A DNA stretch of 20,000 nt, taken from positions 55,705-75,704 of the forward strand of contig JAMDHS010000097.1 of NCBI GenBank assembly GCA_029717555.1, read 5' to 3'. A program made the position numbers and the translations under genes. Below are positions 9,084 to 20,000 of this stretch, piece by piece. This DNA is from Peribolospora baueri. Lineage: Eukaryota. Every line of letters begins with the position of its first letter. Position 1 is the stretch's first letter. The notes beneath the pieces were generated by a model. The model was given only the letters and a program-made list of their open reading frames with translations. It searched no databases and was not told where the DNA came from.

Positions 9084-11463
9084 ATGTCCCGCCCGCACGT
9101 CCACGACCCTCCCTTCCGCGCCGAACACATCGGCTCCCTCCTACGCCCCGCCAACCTCCTCGAGGCGCGCGTCCAGTTCGACGGCGGCCAGCTCGACAGG
9201 CAGAGCCTGGCCCGGGTCGAGGACGAGGCGATCAAGCGGGCGCTCGAGCTGCAGAGGGCCGCCGGCATCAAGGCGTTCACGGACGGAGAGTACAGGAGGC
9301 ACATGTTCTACGAAGGCTTCTTCGACAACTTGAACGGCATGACCTACGAGCCTTCGCCGGACCCCAAGATCTTCATGCAATACGTCCCCGACGTCAAGTT
9401 AGGGCCCCTTTTTTCCTCCTCCCGTCCACCTGGCACCCTCTCACCCCTTTCTCTCTTTCTCTTTACCACGCAGAGGCTTCCTCACCAAGGACGTCAAGCC
9501 GGCCGGCACGTGGATCTGCACCGACAAGCTCACCCGCAAGGGCCACTCGCCTTACTACCACGAGTTCCTCTACCTCAAGTCCCTCGTCGCCCCCGACGAA
9601 GTCAAGAACATAAAGCTCACTTTGGCCGCTCCGGAGGTGCGCCCACCCGCCGTCGTCCCCGTCGTCGCCGTCGGGCCATTTGCGTCTCCTTTTTCGCTGG
9701 GCTGAGAGCGTTGACGTGTCGCTCTACGTCCCCTTTTCTCCCTCCTTCTTTCCCCCATTTTATTTTTCTTATCACAGTGGTTCCACCTGCGGCAGTGAGT
9801 CTTCCGCCTGCCGAGCTGCTCGAAAGCGCGTCCTCTTCTGATCTCCACGCCGACCATCTTTTTCGCTTACCTCCACCACACCATCAGCTCGAGCAAATAC
9901 GCCTATACCCCGGAAGCGTACAAGAGCGACGAAGAATACTTTGCCGATATTGCCAAGAACTATCGCGAAGAGATCGCGGTGAGCTATCTTTTTCGTCATT
10001 CTCTCCCGCCCCCCGGGGTGCATCTTCTCCATCCCCACCCGGAATGAGACCAACGCCGTTCAGAGTTCTGATATTCACCCTGCCCCTCGATCCTCAACAG
10101 GACCTCTACTCCATCGGATGCCGCAACATCCAAATCGACGACCCGCTGCTCGCTTACTTTTGCGCAGGTACGAGCCGTTCCCAAACGTCTCTCTTCACCA
10201 ACCCGTTTCGTCCACTCGCCTCCGTGCTGATCATGCCGTGGTAAACCCGGCCGGGCTCGCTCATCTGCCGCTGCAGAGGATATGATCTCGGAGATGGAGA
10301 ACCTCAAGGTCGACCACAAGGCCCTCCTCGACGCTTACATCGGCCTTCACAACGCTTGCATCCGTGAAGCGCCTCGAGACATGCATTGCGGACTGCATCT
10401 ATGCAGAGGCAACGTGAGCGATCGCGGGTTGGCTAGATGCAAAACGTTCCAGCGGCGCGAGTGCGAAAAGACGCTCGCCCGAGCGTTGGGAAGTCGAGCA
10501 GACTGACGCCCGCCCACCCCCGCTTCACTCCCGCCCGTCGTCAGTTCCGAGGCGGAATGCACTTCTCCGAGGGCGGCTACGACAGGATCGCCATCAAGCT
10601 CTTCAACGAGAGCCTTTACCGTGAGCGTCTCGCGTCTCGTGTATCCACACTGCTCGACTGCTCGACAATGCCGACGTGACGCTGACGATCTCTTCGGCGC
10701 TTCTTGTCGTCCGGGTCGGTTGTAGAGACGTTCTACTTGGAGTATGGTGAGTCCCTTCACGCAGAGTCGACACGTTCTGGCCCTCATCTTTCACACCACC
10801 TTCCTCCATACCCACACAGACACTACACGCGCGGGCACCTTTGAGCCGTTGAAGCACATTCCCACAAACAAGAACATCGTCCTCGGCCTCGTCTCCTCCA
10901 AGCTCGGCCAGCTCGAGAAGCCGGAGGTGCTCGCTGCGAAGTGCGTCCCCATGCCCCGTCCCCCGCACCCTCTCCTTTCGCCGCCTAGCGCTCAGACCAG
11001 CTTAGAGCTCCTCGTCGTCGTGTCGAAATAATGTCTACGGGCTACCTTCCTTCCTCCCTTACTGGCCGAGCCCAAGCCTGATCGACGGCTCGTCTGGTCT
11101 TTCCCTTTCTTTGCATCGCATGTAGGGTCAAAAAAGCGGCGGCGATCATCGCCTCTGGCACCCGCGAAACGGCAGAGCAAGCTCTAGGCCGCATCTGCCT
11201 CTCCCCTCAGTGCGGCTTCGCCTCGCACAGGTCAGTCCCGTCCCTCATCCCTCCTTCTGTCTTTCCTTCACCCCCCCCCCCCGGGTCCCCGTCCAGGTCC
11301 GTCCCACGGCCATCGCAGGTACTGATGAGAGAGGAACTGTGTACCGCCACCTTTTCTTCCTTTCATCCTCTCCCCACCTAGCGAAGGAAACGCCATCGTG
11401 GAGGAGGACATGAAAAACAAGCTCCACCTCGTCGCACAGACGGCCAAGACCATCTGGGGCTGA
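9084..11463 (+). CDS. Cobalamin-independent methionine synthase II family protein (catalytic barrel only; YxjH-like / UROD-MetE-like), 397 aa
   Basis: Exons 9084-9397, 9474-9636, 9778-9794, 9888-9978, 10101-10167, 10277-10413, 10545-10620, 10726-10746, 10820-10940, 11126-11230, 11382-11463 (1194 nt). Motifs: PFRAEHIGSLLRP, TDGEYRR, IQIDDP, HLCRGNF (Zn His/Cys), FYLEYD (Zn Glu), VLGLVSSK, LSPQCGFASH (Zn Cys), KTIWG*. Confidence 0.95.
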
Positions 11464-11923
11464 AGGAAACCCACTTCCGGCCAGAACGCAGGACCCAAAA
11501 CGCAGTAACCAGTTCCCAGTACCGCTCCTCCTCGTCCTCGTTTTCTTCACCCTTCCTCCCTCCTTTTCCTTCCTTCCTTCTCTCTTCTCACCCCTGTCGT
11601 GTACGTGTACTTGTGGATGTGGATGTGGAAAGCAGAAAGCAGAAACGAGGACACGAGGAAACGATTACCCCCCGACACCGGCGCGTTTTTCCCGTCCTGT
11701 GTCCACGCACGCACGCGCGACCGACGCACTCACTGACTGGGAGGGGGAACATGGCCGGCGGGACGGCCACATCCATCCATCCCTATATGCCCCTTGAGGG
11801 GCGAGTTGAAAAATGGGATGAAAAGAGAAGAGCCGTCGACCCATCCACGCGCATTGGAGCTCGGGATCTCGACCGAACCGAACCGACCAAAGCAAAATCA
11901 AACCGTTCCGTTCTTGTCGGACG

Positions 11924-11947
11924 AAAAAAAAAAAGAAAAAAAAAAAA
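11924..11947. repeat. A11-G-A12 tract in the convergent intergenic region (a second A tract lies at ~12347-12357)
   Basis: Seen directly. Confidence 0.85.
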
Positions 11948-12408
11948 GTCACAACCAAGGCTTTCGATTCTGGACTGCATATGATGACGATGCTGGACAT
12001 CGTTGAGGATACAAGGCGGTCCGCGTGAGGCACGCCACTCCGCCTCCACAACCACCGAAGCCGAAACAAAAACACGATCGAACAAAGAAAGCCGAGTCAT
12101 TGCAGGAGGGGACGACAGGATACGGGACGGAAAAGGCAGAGACGAAAACGAAAGCGAAGGCAGAGGCGAATTAGGACAGGAAAAAGGAGGGCAGAGAAGT
12201 CGAAGAAGGGCAGGAAAAGACGAGCCGGGTCGGGCCGGCCGCTGATGGATCTGACGGCACATCGACTTTGTTCGTCCGAGTGCGAGTGCCATCAAGACCG
12301 AGTCGAGACGGGAGGCAAAGAGGCCAGCACGAAAACCGGTCAAACAGAAAAAAAAAATTTCAGACGAAACCGATGTCGACGGTGACCGATCTTTCGGCTT
12401 AGCCTAGC

Positions 12409-17468
<5,060 letters not shown>

Positions 17469-17902
17469 TCACGTTGCTGCTTCGCTCCCTTTGGCCGATG
17501 GACGTGTGGACGAAGGAAGGCAGTCGAGCCGACGACGGCGGCCAGGACGGGTAAGCGGAGATGGATGGATGGAGGACGGAGGGAGGCGGGGATCGGCAAC
17601 GTCGCCGCCAGCCGAGTCGTGTCGAGTAGCAGAGTCGAGTCCGGTCGGCCGAGTCCGACAGACTAATAAGGTAGCGTATTTACATTTGTATTTGCCGCGC
17701 ATTACAACCGCTCCCTATGTCCCTTCGCACAGCCCCTTCCTTTCACCAACAGTCAAATTAAACCGAATTGAAACGCGCACACGACCCCTCTTTCCACGGA
17801 CATCCGCGGCCATGTGCGCCCCTGCCCCTCCCGCATATACGCGGCTTTTGGCGAGGCTGGCAGGCCGCTCCCTCTATGCGCGACGCGATCTCGCCCTCGT
17901 TT

Positions 17903-17908
17903 ACGCGT
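17903..17908. promoter_or_regulatory. MCB-like element ACGCGT upstream of PSF2
   Basis: Exact ACGCGT ~125 nt upstream of the PSF2 ATG, with extra ACGCG cores at ~17773, 17839 and 17883. MCB sites are typical of fungal DNA-replication genes, but the GC-rich background weakens the signal. Confidence 0.4.
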
Positions 17909-17966
17909 GCACGTCGCATCTCCTTCCCGCGTCGTCGGCGCGACGGACGACAGAAAGAAAGCAAGC

Positions 17967-17993
17967 ACGGACGGACGGACGGACGGACGGACG
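17967..17993. repeat. (ACGG)n tetranucleotide repeat just upstream of the PSF2 start
   Basis: acggacggacggacggacggacggacg. Confidence 0.85.
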
Positions 17994-18032
17994 AACGTGA
18001 GAGCGACAGGACGTCCATCGCACCCACCACCC

Positions 18033-19128
18033 ATGGCCCTCCACCGACACGCCCGCGACGGCTTCACGCCCAAGGAGATTGAGTTCATCGCCGAGGAGGA
18101 GCTCGTGCACATCGTGCCCACCTTTGGCATGGACAGGGTCCGCCTGCTCACCGTGAGTGCCCTGACGGATGGGGGATGGTGGCCGCACAAGCCGACCGAC
18201 AGAGCTTGCTCTGATGCCGTCCCTCTCTCTCTCTCGCTCAGGGCGTCTACGGGCCATTCCGGCCGCCGGCAAAGGCGCAAGTGCCCCTCTGGATGGCGGC
18301 CAACCTGAAGCAGAAGAAGCGATGTAACATCGTACCCCCAGACTGGCTCTCCGTCGGTCAGTCCTTTTCTCCCTCTCGCCGTCGTTGGCCTTCGCTTAGC
18401 GTCTTTTTGTTCGGTCCTTCACGTCCGTCAGAGTCTCTCAAGGCCTTCAAGGACGCCGAGACGTCCCAGCACACGTTCTCCGACCTCCCCTACCACTACA
18501 TTCCCGTCGCTCGCATCCTCCTCGATGTGTGAGTCCATTCCCCCCCGTTCTCTCCCTTCATCACACCGAACCAGCCCGGCACTCACTAAACCCTCTCCAT
18601 CTCCTCTCCGCTCCCCTCCGAAAAGCGCGGGGGACGACATTCCTTCTTCAAACGAAGTGCGCACCCTCCTCAAGGACCTCCGCGAGGCGAGGCAGAGCAA
18701 GTCCAAGCAGGGTATCGAGAGCCTCAACCCGTACCACCTCCAGGTCAGTCCGTCCCTTCTTCCTTTGCTGAGATAAGGAGACAAGAGCCGCCGCCCACTC
18801 AAAACTCCTCGCGTCACCGTCGCTGCAGATGAACAATATCTCCTCCCTCGAAATCAATGAGCTACGACCCTTCTTCGTACGCTCCTTTCATCACCTCCGA
18901 AAGCTCCAGCTTCCTTCCGCCGACGACCTCGACGGCGCGACCTCGCCGGCGACGGGGACGGGGCGGAGGGCAGGCGGCGGAGCAGACGACGACGACGACG
19001 TGCCGGACGACTCGCTCGGCTGGAGCTCGTTCGGAACGGGCGCTGCTCCTGCTCCTGCGCCTGCGCCTGCTCATGAGACTTGGACGGGCGCAGGCGGCGA
19101 TCAGGACGCGACTATGCACGCCTTCTGA
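18033..19128 (+). CDS. PSF2: DNA replication GINS complex subunit Psf2, 249 aa
   Basis: Exons 18033-18152, 18242-18356, 18432-18528, 18626-18743, 18829-19128 (750 nt). Motifs: FTPKEIEFIAEEELVHIVP, GVYGPFRPP..AQVPLWMA.NLKQKKRCNIVPPDWL, FSDLPYHY, AGDDIP...VRTLLKDLREARQSK, MNNISSLEINELRPF. Confidence 0.96.
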
Positions 19129-19574
19129 ACCACTTCCCTCCTCCCTCCCTCCACACTGCATCGTTTCTCGCTCGCGAGCGAGCAAGCAGTAGGTGGTGCG
19201 TCTCGGTTCGGGTCGGTTCGGTTCGGCAAAAGTAGAACTCGCTGCCCGTCCGTGGCGGACCGTCCGTCCGACGGCCGGACAGGCGGGCCCAGCGCTCGCC
19301 CGCCCGCCCGCCTGTCCGCCGCGACCGGTACGCGGCACGCGGAGATGCGCGCGCATGCCTTTACGACCCCCTCCCTCCCTCCGTCCGTCCGTCTGTCCGC
19401 CCGAGCCCGCCGCAACGCGACGCAACGCGCGGCGACGCGACGCGACAACCCCAGACGGGCGCCGCGCGAACGGACGGGGGTTCATTCATGTCCGACCCCG
19501 ACCCCGAGCCCGACCCCGACCCATCTTGCACACACACGGCAGTGGCCGTCTCCCCGTGATGGTTGGATGGATGA

Positions 19575-19612
19575 GCCGCGGGAACTGTGGGATGCCGCGG
19601 GAACTGTGGGAT
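19575..19612. repeat. Perfect 19-bp tandem duplication GCCGCGGGAACTGTGGGAT x2
   Basis: Copies at 19575-19593 and 19594-19612. Confidence 0.9.
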
Positions 19613-19885
19613 ACATAACTATACATCCTTCTTACATACCTACCTGCCCCGCGCGCGTACCTACATAAATAGGAAATGAGACAGACAGAAAGACACACAC
19701 GCGGATGGACAGGATACTGTGCAACGGATTGGATCGTAAACCGTCGTCCCCGTCATGTCGTGTCGTGTCGTATCGCGTCGTATCGTGTCATGTCGTGTCG
19801 GGCCGCCGCGCGAACTCTTCCCTACCAACACACGCCCTGCGACGCCCCGTAGGCAAGGCGACATCGCCGCCCGCCGCCGGCCGTC

Positions 19886-20000
19886 TCACCGTCCAAAGAT
19901 CTCGTCAAACACGGGCAAGTTCAAAAAGTCCATCTGCTCCTTTCGGTACGTGTCTGCGATGGTGGTGATGTTGCCGTCCTGCCACTGTAGCAGGACTTTG
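19886..20000 (-). CDS. 3' end of a gene entering from beyond the window; probable type-B carboxylesterase/lipase C-terminus
   Basis: The minus frame reads KVLLQWQDGNITTIADTYRKEQMDFLNLPVFDEIFGR* (stop 19888-19886). The LL-x(8-10)-D-x-YR-x-E-x-M/I-x-F pattern resembles fungal carboxylesterase/lipase C-termini as I recall them. Only 37 aa are visible. Confidence 0.55.
   Translation of the reverse strand, partial: KVLLQWQDGNITTIADTYRKEQMDFLNLPVFDEIFGR

Noticed and set aside
9084..10244. 386-aa read-through ORF suggesting frameshifts or a pseudogene
   Set aside because: All frame changes are resolved by GT-AG introns, giving an intact 397-aa protein.
11981..12245. ATGATGA box-C-like motif (possible C/D snoRNA)
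   Set aside because: The nearest downstream CTGA is ~260 nt away, with no terminal stem or recognisable rRNA guide.
18529..18625. AAG 3' splice site in PSF2 intron 3
   Set aside because: A less common but normal acceptor; it restores the conserved AGDDIP motif.

Overview
Eukaryotic, intron-rich, GC-rich fungal DNA. Short GT-AG introns with GTGAGY/GTGCGT donors suggest a basidiomycete yeast (inference). The unspliced ORF track is mostly antisense or shadow frames, so genes were rebuilt by hand. In order: (1) a large 5'-complete, 3'-truncated minus-strand gene for a Pro/Ser/acidic low-complexity protein (4170 to <1); (2) a ~2.8 kb divergent intergenic region with microsatellites and a low-GC island; (3) alpha-N-terminal protein methyltransferase (NTM1/TAE1; 7 exons, 284 aa); (4) a single-barrel, cobalamin-independent methionine-synthase-like Zn enzyme (YxjH-like 'half-MetE'; 11 exons, 397 aa); (5) a KDM4/Rph1-type JmjN-JmjC histone demethylase with extended PHD, a Tudor-like segment and a Q/Y-rich tail (6 exons, 1466 aa, minus); (6) GINS subunit PSF2 (5 exons, 249 aa); (7) the 3' end of a probable type-B carboxylesterase/lipase gene (minus). 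No RNA gene, CRISPR array or intact mobile element was recognised. I see no firmly supported novel system. The best leads are the fungal half-MetE of unknown methyl donor, its position between a methyl writer and a methyl eraser, and the unusual KDM4 C-terminal architecture.
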